Shown: in pieces, positions 1-7,935 of the stretch
Position numbering within the stretch: position 1 is the stretch's first letter
Layout: every line of letters begins with the position of its first letter
DNA from: Abditibacteriaceae bacterium
Lineage (GTDB): Bacteria > Armatimonadota > Abditibacteriia > Abditibacteriales > Abditibacteriaceae
Direction of reading: 5' to 3'
DNA: 22,095 nucleotides
NCBI GenBank assembly: GCA_031425655.1
Contig: JANPJS010000117.1
Coordinates: forward strand, 1 to 22,095
Made by a program: the position numbers and the translations under genes
Notes under the pieces: model-generated
Told to the model about the DNA's origin: nothing
The model's database searches: none
What the model saw: only the letters and a program-made list of their open reading frames with translations

Positions 1-63
1 GTTTTGAGTTTTAAGTTTTGAGTTAACTTCAACTCAAAACTTAAAACTCAAAACTCAAAACTC
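1..63. repeat. Palindrome of tandem heptamers (GAGTTTT)n/(AAAACTC)n, truncated by the window start
   Basis: 1-24 GTTTTGAGTTTTAAGTTTTGAGTT is the exact reverse complement of 31-54, with a 6-nt loop. Extra units run to 63. It begins 2 nt after the acpP stop. Confidence 0.95.
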
Positions 64-65
64 TA

Positions 66-305
66 TCAGGCTGTTCCTGCCTTTTCGTCAATGTATTCCA
101 CTGCGGCACCGACGGTGCTCAGTTTTTCGGCGTCTTCGTCGGGAATTTCGACTTCAAATTCCTCTTCAAAACGCATCACCAGTTCGACCACGTCGAGCGA
201 ATCGGCGCCCAAATCTTCGACGAAACGAGCCTGCGGCGTCACGATGCCCGCTTCTACGCTCAGTTGATCGGCCACGATTTCGCGGACTTTATCAATAGTT
301 GCCAT
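66..305 (-). CDS. acpP: Acyl carrier protein
   Basis: 79-aa acidic protein with the [14 protein letters not shown] phosphopantetheine-Ser motif. GGAG SD upstream; follows fabG. Confidence 0.97.
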   Translation of the reverse strand: MATIDKVREIVADQLSVEAGIVTPQARFVEDLGADSLDVVELVMRFEEEFEVEIPDEDAEKLSTVGAAVEYIDEKAGTA

Positions 306-353
306 GATGGATTCTCCACTCCCAAAAATTGTCTTTGCGACGAATTACCCTTT

Positions 354-1088
354 TTACATAACCAAACCGCCGTCAACATTCAAGACCTGACCCGTGATAT
401 AGCGCGCTCCGGGCGATGCCAAAAACAGCGCGACATGGGCTACATCGTCCGGTTCGCCAAGCGCGCCAAGCGGCACGTTTTGCAAAAGTGCAGTCTTGGC
501 TTCGTCTGTCATATCGGCGGTCATGTCGGTAGAAATGAAGCCGGGCGCGATGGCATTGGCGGTAATTCCACGGCTGCCCAACTCCTTCGCCACCGACTTG
601 GTAAAACCAATCAAACCGGCTTTGGAAGCCGCGTAATTGGCCTGTCCGGCGTTGCCGATCTGCCCGATGACCGACGTAATGGTGATAATGCGCCCGGCGT
701 TGGCTTTGAGCATATGCCGCGCGACGGCTTTGGTGCAATAAAACGCGCCGGATAAATTCACATCAATCACGTTCTGCCATTGTTCGAGTTTCATGCGAAT
801 CAGCAGCCCGTCCTGCGCGATGCCGGCGTTGTTGACCAAAATATCAATTTTGCCGAAATCGCCGATGCTTTGCTTGACCGCCGCGTCTACGGCATCGGCG
901 TCGCTGACATCGGCGGCAATCGCAAGGGCTTTGCGGCCCAAAGCGCGAATTTCTTCGGCCAGTTCTTCGGGCGCCGAACGCGCCAAAAGCACGCAATCGG
1001 CGCCGTTTTGCGCCAATTTTAAAGCGATGGCGCGCCCAATGCCGCGCCGCGCGCCGGTAATGAACGCGACTTGATTTTCGAGTTGCAT
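354..1088 (-). CDS. fabG: 3-oxoacyl-ACP reductase (SDR family)
   Basis: TGARRGIG, LVNNAGI, YAASK and GQVLNVDGG motifs; fab context. Start placed at ATG 1088 (MQLENQ) because the 1121 start lies inside the repeat hairpin. Confidence 0.95.
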   Translation of the reverse strand: MQLENQVAFITGARRGIGRAIALKLAQNGADCVLLARSAPEELAEEIRALGRKALAIAADVSDADAVDAAVKQSIGDFGKIDILVNNAGIAQDGLLIRMKLEQWQNVIDVNLSGAFYCTKAVARHMLKANAGRIITITSVIGQIGNAGQANYAASKAGLIGFTKSVAKELGSRGITANAIAPGFISTDMTADMTDEAKTALLQNVPLGALGEPDDVAHVALFLASPGARYITGQVLNVDGGLVM

Positions 1089-1099
1089 AATTTGATTTT

Positions 1100-1171
1100 C
1101 ACCACAAAGACACGAAGACACAAAGATTTTTCAAGAATTGGTTTTCTTTGTGCCTTCGTGTCTTTGTGGTG
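1100..1171. repeat. Palindrome with three octamer units per arm (CACAAAGA/CACGAAGR), CACC...GGTG ends
   Basis: 1100-1126 pairs with 1145-1171 (27 bp, 1 mismatch) around an 18-nt AT-rich loop. It fills the fabD-fabG gap. Confidence 0.95.
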
Positions 1172-1174
1172 GAT

Positions 1175-2056
1175 TTAATTGTCCGTCGTTTCCACGCTGA
1201 CGGATTTGTCAATGCGCTTGACCAAGCCGGCCAGCACGTTACCGGGGCCGAGTTCGTAAAAGTTAGTGGCGCCGCCTTCGATCATGGCGCGGATGGTGTC
1301 CGTCCAGCGCACCGGATTCGTCATTTGTTCGCGCAAGGCGGCTTGGAGGTCGGCGGCGGCGGTGGCTGGGCGCGCGGTGACGTTTTGATAAACCGGAATT
1401 TGCGCGTCTTGAAAGGGCGCGGCGTCAATGAGCGCGGCCATTTGCGCGTCGGCTTCGCGCATCAACGGCGAGTGAAACGCGCCGCTAACGGCCAGTTTCA
1501 CTGTTATTTTGGCGCCTGCGGCTTTGGCGGCGTGCATCGCGGCATCAATAGCGGCGCTTTCACCGCTGATGACGATTTGGCCCGGCGAATTGAAGTTGGC
1601 GGGCACGACGGCGCCTGCATCCGCAACGTTGTTCAGAACCGTTAAAAGCTGCTCGTCGCCCAAACCGATGATGGCCGCCATCGCGCCGGGCGGCGCCTGT
1701 GACATCAGTTCGGCGCGTTTTTGCACCAAACGCAGCGCGACCTCGAAATCCAACGCGCCCGCAGCGACTAAGGCGCTGTATTCGCCCAAAGAATGCCCGG
1801 CGGTCATCGCGGCGCTGATTCCTTCGCTTTGCGCCTGCTGCCAGTGCAACACGCCGACGGTGAGCAAGGCCGGTTGCGCGCGGCGCGTGTCGGTTAGCTC
1901 TTCTTGCGGCCCGTCGAAGCACAGTTTTGCGAGATCGTAGCCCAAAATCGCATTGGCGCGCTCGAAAAGCTCGCGCGCGGCGGGCGAACTGTCGAACAGC
2001 GCGCGGCCCATGCCGATTTTTTGGCTGCCCTGTCCGGGAAATAGGAAAGCGTTCAT
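1175..2056 (-). CDS. fabD: Malonyl-CoA:ACP transacylase
   Basis: FPGQGSQ, GHSLGEY (catalytic Ser), NFNSPGQIVISG, SGAFHS and ELGPGNVL motifs. Confidence 0.96.
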   Translation of the reverse strand: MNAFLFPGQGSQKIGMGRALFDSSPAARELFERANAILGYDLAKLCFDGPQEELTDTRRAQPALLTVGVLHWQQAQSEGISAAMTAGHSLGEYSALVAAGALDFEVALRLVQKRAELMSQAPPGAMAAIIGLGDEQLLTVLNNVADAGAVVPANFNSPGQIVISGESAAIDAAMHAAKAAGAKITVKLAVSGAFHSPLMREADAQMAALIDAAPFQDAQIPVYQNVTARPATAAADLQAALREQMTNPVRWTDTIRAMIEGGATNFYELGPGNVLAGLVKRIDKSVSVETTDN

Positions 2057-2058
2057 GG

Positions 2059-2135
2059 AGGTGGTTGGGTGGTTGGATGGTTGGGTGGTTGGGTGGCTTG
2101 AATAACCACCTGACTACCCAACTACCTAACCACCT
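2059..2135. repeat. Imperfect palindrome of tandem octamers (GGTGGTTG)5/(YAACYACC)4
   Basis: Five units at 2060-2099 and four degenerate inverted units at 2103-2134. It overlaps the last codons and TAG of the methyltransferase and ends 2-3 nt from the fabD ATG. Confidence 0.9.
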
Positions 2136-2703
2136 TCTTCGCTTGAATGATGTAGTGATACGGGCCGATGTCTTCGAGGCTTTGCACCGCGAAACCGGCG
2201 TTTTCGACCAGTTGGCGCGCGTCAGCGTGTTCGATGCGCTGTGTGTTGGGCGGGCCGGGCTGCGATTCTTCGTCGGCCCACAGCCATTCGATGAGAATCA
2301 GGCGCCCGCCGGCTTTCAGCACGCGCGCGACTTCTTGCAAGTGCTTTTCCGGCTCGGCGCATTCGTGCAGCGTGTTGGCGTGGAAAATCACGTCAACTTC
2401 GGCGTTGTCCAGCTCAAATTCGTTTTCGCGGCACGGAAGCGTGAGAATCCGCTCCCAGTTATCGCGGCGGGCACGCAAAATTTGCAGCATCGCCGGTTGC
2501 ATATCGAGCGCGTAAACCATGCCGCGCGGTCGCACCACTTTCTCGATTTCAAAAGTGAACCAGCCGGTTCCGCAGCCGATTTCGGCCACGCGCGAGCCGG
2601 CAGGAATCTGCGCCGCTTCTACGATTTCGCGCGGGTTATTCCATTTTAGCCGCTCGGTCGCATCAAGTTTTTGTGCTTGCGAAACGTCGAATTTTTGGGA
2701 CAT
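2122..2703 (-). CDS. Class I SAM-dependent methyltransferase
   Basis: Motif I VAEIGCGTG, ALDMQPAML, VDVIF, RVLKAGGRLILIEW; 193 aa. Confidence 0.9.
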   Translation of the reverse strand: MSQKFDVSQAQKLDATERLKWNNPREIVEAAQIPAGSRVAEIGCGTGWFTFEIEKVVRPRGMVYALDMQPAMLQILRARRDNWERILTLPCRENEFELDNAEVDVIFHANTLHECAEPEKHLQEVARVLKAGGRLILIEWLWADEESQPGPPNTQRIEHADARQLVENAGFAVQSLEDIGPYHYIIQAKKVVR

Positions 2704-2793
2704 GAAAATAATGTGGAGACTTTATGAAATTTTTACCGAAGTCAACTGCTTATTTAACCGGAGTTTTGCTTTATCTACAAGCGCGGGACGGTG

Positions 2794-2833
2794 AAAAAGA
2801 AAGGGCACGCTCAATCGAGCGCGCCCTTTCTTT
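2794..2833 (-). terminator. Intrinsic terminator after the six-repeat protein gene (could act in both directions)
   Basis: AAAGAAAGGGCACGCTC-AATC-GAGCGCGCCCTTTCTTT stem with A/T tracts, 12 nt past the stop at 2846. Confidence 0.8.
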
Positions 2834-2845
2834 ATCATCGGCTAC

Positions 2846-4546
2846 TTAAGCCGGGGCCGCTGTGAAATTAACGCCAGTCAGACTCGCGTTATTGACGGTC
2901 ACGGTGCTTTTTTGCGGCGTGAACCGGGTGTTGTTTTTGTCGGGCGTGATGGTGTAAGTGCCCGGAGCAACACCGGTCAGGGTGTAATTGCCGTTGGCGT
3001 CGGTCAAAATGCCGTCGTTGACTTCCCCCGTGCTTTCGATGCGAACGCCCGCTACAGGCACGCCCGCGCCGTTCAAAACCCGCCCGCTAATGGTGAGGCT
3101 GCCGGAAGGCGCGCCGCCATAAGCCGTGAAATTCACATTTGTTACGTTAGCATTGGTCACCGACACCGAGCGATAAAGCGGACGAAAGGCGGTATTATCC
3201 TTATCGGGTGTAATGACGTAGTTTCCGGCGGCAACGCCAGTCAGAACGTAGGTGCCGTTGGCATTGGTTAAAACGCCGTCGTTAACTTGGCCGCTGCTTT
3301 CGATGCGAACGCCCGATACAGGCGCGCCGTTGCTGCTCACCACGCGCCCACTGATGGTGAAATTGCCGTTGCCTCCGTCCACGGTAACAGCAGTGAAATT
3401 CACGCCGTTCACACTGGCGTTGGTGACGGACACGTTGCGCACCACAGGTGTGCAGCGGACATTCTTTTTGTCGGGCGTGATGACGTAAGTGCCGGGTGAC
3501 ACGCCGGTCAAGGTGTAGAAGCCGTTGAGATCGGTTTGCACGCCGTCGTTGACTTCCCCGGTGCTTTCGATGCGAACGCCGGGAACGGGTTGTCCCGCTG
3601 CATTGAGGACGCGCCCGCGAATCGCGTAACGGCCAACCGATGCGCCGCCGTAGGCCGTGAAATTGACGTTGGTTACATTGGCCGTCGAAACCGTCACGGT
3701 GCGAGACGGCGGGCTGAACTGCGTGTTGTCGCGGTCGGGCGTGATGGTGTAAGTGCCCGGCGCGGCGCCGTTTAGAATGTAGTTGCCGTTGGCGTCGGTT
3801 AGCACGCCGTCGTCAATTTCGCCGGTGCTTTCGATGCGCACGCCCGAAACCGGCACGCCGCTGTCATTTACAACCCGCCCTCTGATGATAAAACCGGCGC
3901 CAGCTCCGCCACCGGAAGCGGTAAAGTTCACTCCCGTGACATTGGCGTTGTTTATTGTCACCGAACGGGTTTGCGGCGTGAAACTGGTGTTGGTTTTATC
4001 GGGCGTGATAACATAAGTGCCCGGCCCGGCGCCGGTGAGCATATAATTGCCGCCGGCGTCGGTGAAAACGCCGTCGTTGACTTCGCCGGTGCTTTCAATT
4101 TTGACGCCCGAAACCCCGCCACCCACCGAATTCAGCACTCTTCCGCTGATGCTGAAATCGCCGCCTGCGCCAACGCCGGAGGCCACGAAATTCGCTCCGG
4201 TCACGTTGGCATTAAGCACTTGCACCGTAAGCGATGACGGATTAAACGTCGTGCCATCTTTGTCGGCGACAAGCGTATAGGCGCCGGAAGCAGCACCAGT
4301 CAGCGTGTAGAAACCACTGGCATCGGTGAAAACCCCGTCGTTAATCTCGCCGGTGCTTTCGATTTTTACATCGGCTACGCCTTGTCCGGCAGCGTTGGTT
4401 ACGCGCCCGCTGATGTCGAAGGCCTGCGCGCTGGGCGCGCTGAAACCGAGATTGCACATCAAAGCAATCGCCATCAAGGCCAGCGGCCCGGCGAAAGATT
4501 TTCTGCGCGCCGACAGTCGCATTTGCGATTGAAAAAAAGCTAACAT
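2846..4546 (-). CDS. Secreted protein of six tandem ~88-aa carboxypeptidase-regulatory-like (transthyretin-like beta-sandwich) domains
   Basis: GAGGAG SD before ATG 4546; signal peptide ending AQA. Six repeats of ISGRV..G..V.GV.IESTGEVNDGV.TD.NG.Y.LTG...G.Y.ITPDK....F.P....V.V.NANVT.VNFTA. Confidence 0.85.
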   Translation of the reverse strand: MLAFFQSQMRLSARRKSFAGPLALMAIALMCNLGFSAPSAQAFDISGRVTNAAGQGVADVKIESTGEINDGVFTDASGFYTLTGAASGAYTLVADKDGTTFNPSSLTVQVLNANVTGANFVASGVGAGGDFSISGRVLNSVGGGVSGVKIESTGEVNDGVFTDAGGNYMLTGAGPGTYVITPDKTNTSFTPQTRSVTINNANVTGVNFTASGGGAGAGFIIRGRVVNDSGVPVSGVRIESTGEIDDGVLTDANGNYILNGAAPGTYTITPDRDNTQFSPPSRTVTVSTANVTNVNFTAYGGASVGRYAIRGRVLNAAGQPVPGVRIESTGEVNDGVQTDLNGFYTLTGVSPGTYVITPDKKNVRCTPVVRNVSVTNASVNGVNFTAVTVDGGNGNFTISGRVVSSNGAPVSGVRIESSGQVNDGVLTNANGTYVLTGVAAGNYVITPDKDNTAFRPLYRSVSVTNANVTNVNFTAYGGAPSGSLTISGRVLNGAGVPVAGVRIESTGEVNDGILTDANGNYTLTGVAPGTYTITPDKNNTRFTPQKSTVTVNNASLTGVNFTAAPA

Positions 4547-4674
4547 GAAACTCCTCAAGCTGTAAATCACGGCGATTGCCGCACTTGTGTTTTATCGTAT
4601 CGTATCGGAAATCACAATAGAAGAAAGCGTCAAGATACCTCAAAAGAGCGATGGCGGACATTGATAGCCGCAGC

Positions 4675-5730
4675 TCAAACGGCGCGCTGATCGTGCCACT
4701 TAATCGCCGCCGCCGCCCATGTCAAACCAGCGCCGAAGCCGACGAGGACGACGTTATCGCCGTGTTTGATGCGTCCCTCGTCGCGCGCTTCGCGCAGCGC
4801 CATCGGAATGCTGGCCGCCGAGGTGTTGCCATATTTATGGACGTTGACGAAAACCTTGTCCATCGGCAGATTCAAGCGTTTGGCGGCGCTTTCGATGATG
4901 CGAATATTCGCTTGATGCGGCACCAATAAATCCACTTGCGAGGGTTCAAGACCGGCGTTCTCGACCGCGCGCAGGGCCGATTCGCCCATCACGTTAACCG
5001 CAAAGCGGTAAACCTCGCGCCCGTTTTGGTAAACGCGCTTTTGGCCCGGCGCACCTTCGAGCGTGACCGGCAAATTTTCGGAGCCGGACACGTTTTCAAC
5101 TTTGAGCAGTTCGCCGCCCAATCCGTTAGCGCCCAAATCAATGCCCAGCACGCCGAAACCTTGTGGTGCGGCCTGCAAAACGGCAGCTCCGGCGCCGTCG
5201 CCGAAAAGCACGCAAGTATTGCGGTCGCTCCAATCCATGACGCGCGACATCACTTCAGCGCCGATAACCAGCGCAGTATCAATGGCGCCGCTGGCGATGA
5301 ACTGCTGCGCCACGACGAGCGCGTAAACGAAGCCTGAGCAGGCCGCTTCCAAGTCGAAAGCGGCGGCATGACAGCCCAAACGATGCTGCAAAAGCGCCGC
5401 AGTGGCTGGGAACTGATAATCGGGCGTGCTGGTGGCGCAAATGACGAGCTGCACCGCCGCCGGGTCTACATTGGCGTCTTCGAGAGCTTGACGCGCGGCT
5501 TTTTCGGCCAAATCGGCGGTGGTTTCGTGTTCTGCGGCAACGCGCCGCTCGGCGATTCCGGTGCGCGAGCGAATCCACTCATCGTTGGTGTCAACGAATT
5601 GGAGCAAATCGGCGTTAGTCAGCACGCGTTCGGGCGCGTAAAGCCCCAATCCGGTGATCGCGGCAGTGCGCGCAGACGGCAACGGGCGGTGCAAAGCAAC
5701 GGGCGGAGCGGCGGAGACTTCGTGGGTCAT
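4675..5730 (-). CDS. fabH: 3-oxoacyl-ACP synthase III
   Basis: WIRSRTGI, AACSGF (Cys), LFGDGAGA, VPHQAN (His), YGNTSAASIP (Asn), GFGAGLTW. Confidence 0.97.
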   Translation of the reverse strand: MTHEVSAAPPVALHRPLPSARTAAITGLGLYAPERVLTNADLLQFVDTNDEWIRSRTGIAERRVAAEHETTADLAEKAARQALEDANVDPAAVQLVICATSTPDYQFPATAALLQHRLGCHAAAFDLEAACSGFVYALVVAQQFIASGAIDTALVIGAEVMSRVMDWSDRNTCVLFGDGAGAAVLQAAPQGFGVLGIDLGANGLGGELLKVENVSGSENLPVTLEGAPGQKRVYQNGREVYRFAVNVMGESALRAVENAGLEPSQVDLLVPHQANIRIIESAAKRLNLPMDKVFVNVHKYGNTSAASIPMALREARDEGRIKHGDNVVLVGFGAGLTWAAAAIKWHDQRAV

Positions 5731-5733
5731 GTT

Positions 5734-5806
5734 GGGAATTGAGAATTAAGAATGGAGAATCAAGAAATTAGTTTTCTTCATTCTCCATTCTCAATTCTAC
5801 ATTCTC
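5734..5806. repeat. Imperfect palindrome of tandem heptamers (GAGAATK)n/(MATTCTC)n
   Basis: GGGAATT GAGAATT AAGAATG GAGAATC AAGAAA, a short loop, then TTTCTT CATTCTC CATTCTC AATTCTA CATTCTC. One arm encodes the PlsX C-terminus (ENVELRMENEEN) and the plsX stop lies at the loop. Confidence 0.9.
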
Positions 5807-6850
5807 AGTCGGCGCTTCGGATACGGCGCTTTTGATGCGCTCGACAATTCCGGCTTCGGCGACCTGCTTGGCGATGCGAATCGCCGATTGAATCGAGCGC
5901 GCATCGCTGCTGCCGTGACAAATGATGCAAATGCCGTTAACGCCGAGCAGCGCCGCGCCGCCGTAGCCTTGATAATCGAAGCGTGTGCGCAGCCGCGTCA
6001 GCGAGGGCTTGAGCAGCAAAGCGCCAAGTTTCGAGCGCATATCAGCCATTAAAGCGCTTTTCAATTCGGCGCCGAAAATCTTGGCGAATCCCTCGGCGAC
6101 TTTAAGCACAACATTACCGACGAAGCCGTCGCACACGATCACGTCAACCGTTCCCATCGCCACATCGCGCCCTTCGACGTTGCCGTGAAACGTGTATTTG
6201 CCCTTCGCAGCGTTTTCTTTGAGCAGCTTGAAGGCGGCTTTCGTAAGATCGTTGCCTTTACCTTCTTCTTCGCCGATGGACATCAAGCCGACGGTCGGCA
6301 AATCGCCGGGTGCTTTGGCTTCGATGCCGGGAATAATGCCGCTGACGCCGCGCACATAAGCCGCGCCCAGCACCGCGAAGGCCGCGATGTGTTTCGGTCT
6401 GCACTCGACGTTGGCGCCGGCGTCAATCAAAACCAGAGGATGCTGCGCTGTCGGAAAAACCGTAGCAATGCCGGGCCGCTCGACGCCGGGAATGCGCTTG
6501 AGACGAAATAAGGCCTCAGTCGCGGCCACGCCCGTATTGCCGGCGGAAATCACGGCGTCGGCCTTACCATCGGCGTGCAGTTGCGTGGCGACCGCGCACG
6601 ATGAATCGGGCTTTTTGCGCCGCGCGTGAATCGGCTCTTCGTGCATCTCGACGATTTGCGAGGCATGATGAATCGTCACGCCGGACGGCAAAACGCCGCT
6701 GCCGGGAGTTGTGCCCAAGCAGCGGCGGATGGCGTCTTCTTGTCCGACGAGGATAACTTCAATTCCGAAATCGCGCGCCGCTGCGACGGCACCGGCGACA
6801 ATTTCAGCGGGGGCGCGGTCGCCGCCCATCGCATCAATGGCGATCCGCAT
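5768..6850 (-). CDS. plsX: Phosphate acyltransferase PlsX
   Basis: IAIDAMGGDRAP, ISAGNTG, DAGANVE, IGEEEGKG, VCDGFVGNVVLK, CHGSS; located between rpmF and fabH. Confidence 0.97.
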   Translation of the reverse strand: MRIAIDAMGGDRAPAEIVAGAVAAARDFGIEVILVGQEDAIRRCLGTTPGSGVLPSGVTIHHASQIVEMHEEPIHARRKKPDSSCAVATQLHADGKADAVISAGNTGVAATEALFRLKRIPGVERPGIATVFPTAQHPLVLIDAGANVECRPKHIAAFAVLGAAYVRGVSGIIPGIEAKAPGDLPTVGLMSIGEEEGKGNDLTKAAFKLLKENAAKGKYTFHGNVEGRDVAMGTVDVIVCDGFVGNVVLKVAEGFAKIFGAELKSALMADMRSKLGALLLKPSLTRLRTRFDYQGYGGAALLGVNGICIICHGSSDARSIQSAIRIAKQVAEAGIVERIKSAVSEAPTENVELRMENEEN

Positions 6851-6854
6851 TGCA

Positions 6855-6930
6855 TTTGAGTTTTGAGTTTTGAGTTTCGAGTTTTGAGTTAATTATCAAC
6901 TCAAAACTTACAACTCAAAACTCAAAACTT
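6855..6930. repeat. Palindrome of tandem heptamers (GAGTTTT)n/(AAAACTC)n, same family as 1-63
   Basis: About five GAGTTTT units, loop AATTATC, then about five AAAACTC units. It fills the whole rpmF-plsX gap. Confidence 0.95.
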
Positions 6931-7135
6931 ATTCAGCGTCGGGGCGTTGGGCGCTGCGGTCGCGGATGGCGAGCACTTGGCGACCGTTGTAATAGCCGCA
7001 TTTGCCGCAGGCGTGGTGCGGCAATTGAGCTTGGCCGCAATGCGCGCAGGTCGAGAGAGTAACGGGTTTCGCTTTCCATTGTGCGCGGCGCGTGCGCACA
7101 CGGGCGTGTGATTTCCGACGTTTTGGCAAAGCCAT
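6929..7135 (-). CDS. rpmF: 50S ribosomal protein L32 (zinc-ribbon type)
   Basis: MALPKRRKSHARVRTRRA, CAHC...CGKCGYYNGR; canonical yceD-rpmF-plsX order. Confidence 0.97.
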   Translation of the reverse strand: MALPKRRKSHARVRTRRAQWKAKPVTLSTCAHCGQAQLPHHACGKCGYYNGRQVLAIRDRSAQRPDAE

Positions 7136-7153
7136 GATGAATCCTATTCCTTC

Positions 7154-7693
7154 TTAATTGTTTTGAGCGGGCGCGTCTGGTGACGGCTGCCACTGGGCCA
7201 GCGATTCCCAGCGCGCATCGCGCTCCTGTTGATAATTAGCTGCTTCAGGCAAACCCGGACAATCGTCCGAGCAACGCGGGGCAATCGAAACTTGCAGCAC
7301 AATCGCCTGCCGGATGAGTTCTAAAACGTCCAACGTATGCGCGTCGAACAGTGCGGCGAGTTCATCGTTGGTCAGCTCATTTTCCGGCGCGTGTTCGTCG
7401 TCAGTATTGTCAGTTCCATTCAAACGCGACATGAAAAAGCTGACCGGCGCGACAGCTTCCAAATCAAGTTCGAGCGGTTGGGCAAAGTCTCGCAAACAAC
7501 GCGCGCACTGCTGCACGATGCTGGTGGCGGCCTGACCCGTCACTACAATGTTGCGTCGTGCGTTGGCGGCGCGCACCCAGCCGCGAATCGGCGTCTTTAC
7601 TTCAAACTCGTCCAATTGCAACGGAGCGAGTTCGATGCTTTTTTCCACTGACGTGCCCGGTGCGCGCAGAATATCGGTTAAATCGAGATACAT
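7154..7693 (-). CDS. yceD: YceD/DUF177 family protein
   Basis: CARCL motif, LDVLELIRQAIVL, C..DC.GL and D.RW..L C-terminus; directly upstream of rpmF; AGGTGA SD. Confidence 0.88.
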   Translation of the reverse strand: MYLDLTDILRAPGTSVEKSIELAPLQLDEFEVKTPIRGWVRAANARRNIVVTGQAATSIVQQCARCLRDFAQPLELDLEAVAPVSFFMSRLNGTDNTDDEHAPENELTNDELAALFDAHTLDVLELIRQAIVLQVSIAPRCSDDCPGLPEAANYQQERDARWESLAQWQPSPDAPAQNN

Positions 7694-7784
7694 CTTTTCA
7701 CCTGTTTCCGGCGCGCGGGCCTGCGAAAACAGAAAGCCTGCGGCATAACCTCAGGATTTCCAGTCGTCAAATTCGCAAGTAGGG

Positions 7785-7813
7785 ATTTTAGGCGCGGGCG
7801 CCGCTTTTGTCAA
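7785..7813 (-). promoter_or_regulatory. Sigma70-type promoter of the yceD-rpmF-plsX-fabH operon
   Basis: Minus strand reads TTGACA-N17-TAAAAT, about 90 nt upstream of the yceD ATG. Confidence 0.8.
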
Positions 7814-7880
7814 GCAATGACACAGGCCGGACGCACGGCGCCGGGCCGCGCCCCCGGAAATCGCAATTGGCTCACACGAA

Positions 7881-7912
7881 CGAAAACCGGCCCAATGACG
7901 GGCCGGTTTTCG
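7881..7912 (-). terminator. Intrinsic terminator after the Tyr-Pro-repeat gene
   Basis: CGAAAACCGGCCC-N6-GGGCCGGTTTTCG perfect 13-bp inverted repeat, 23 nt past the stop. Confidence 0.75.
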
Positions 7913-7935
7913 CTTATGATGAAGCCGCTTTTAGG

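Noticed and set aside
1089..1121. FabG N-terminal extension MSSCLCGENQI
   Set aside because: It is encoded by the palindrome arm; the SDR fold starts after ATG 1088.
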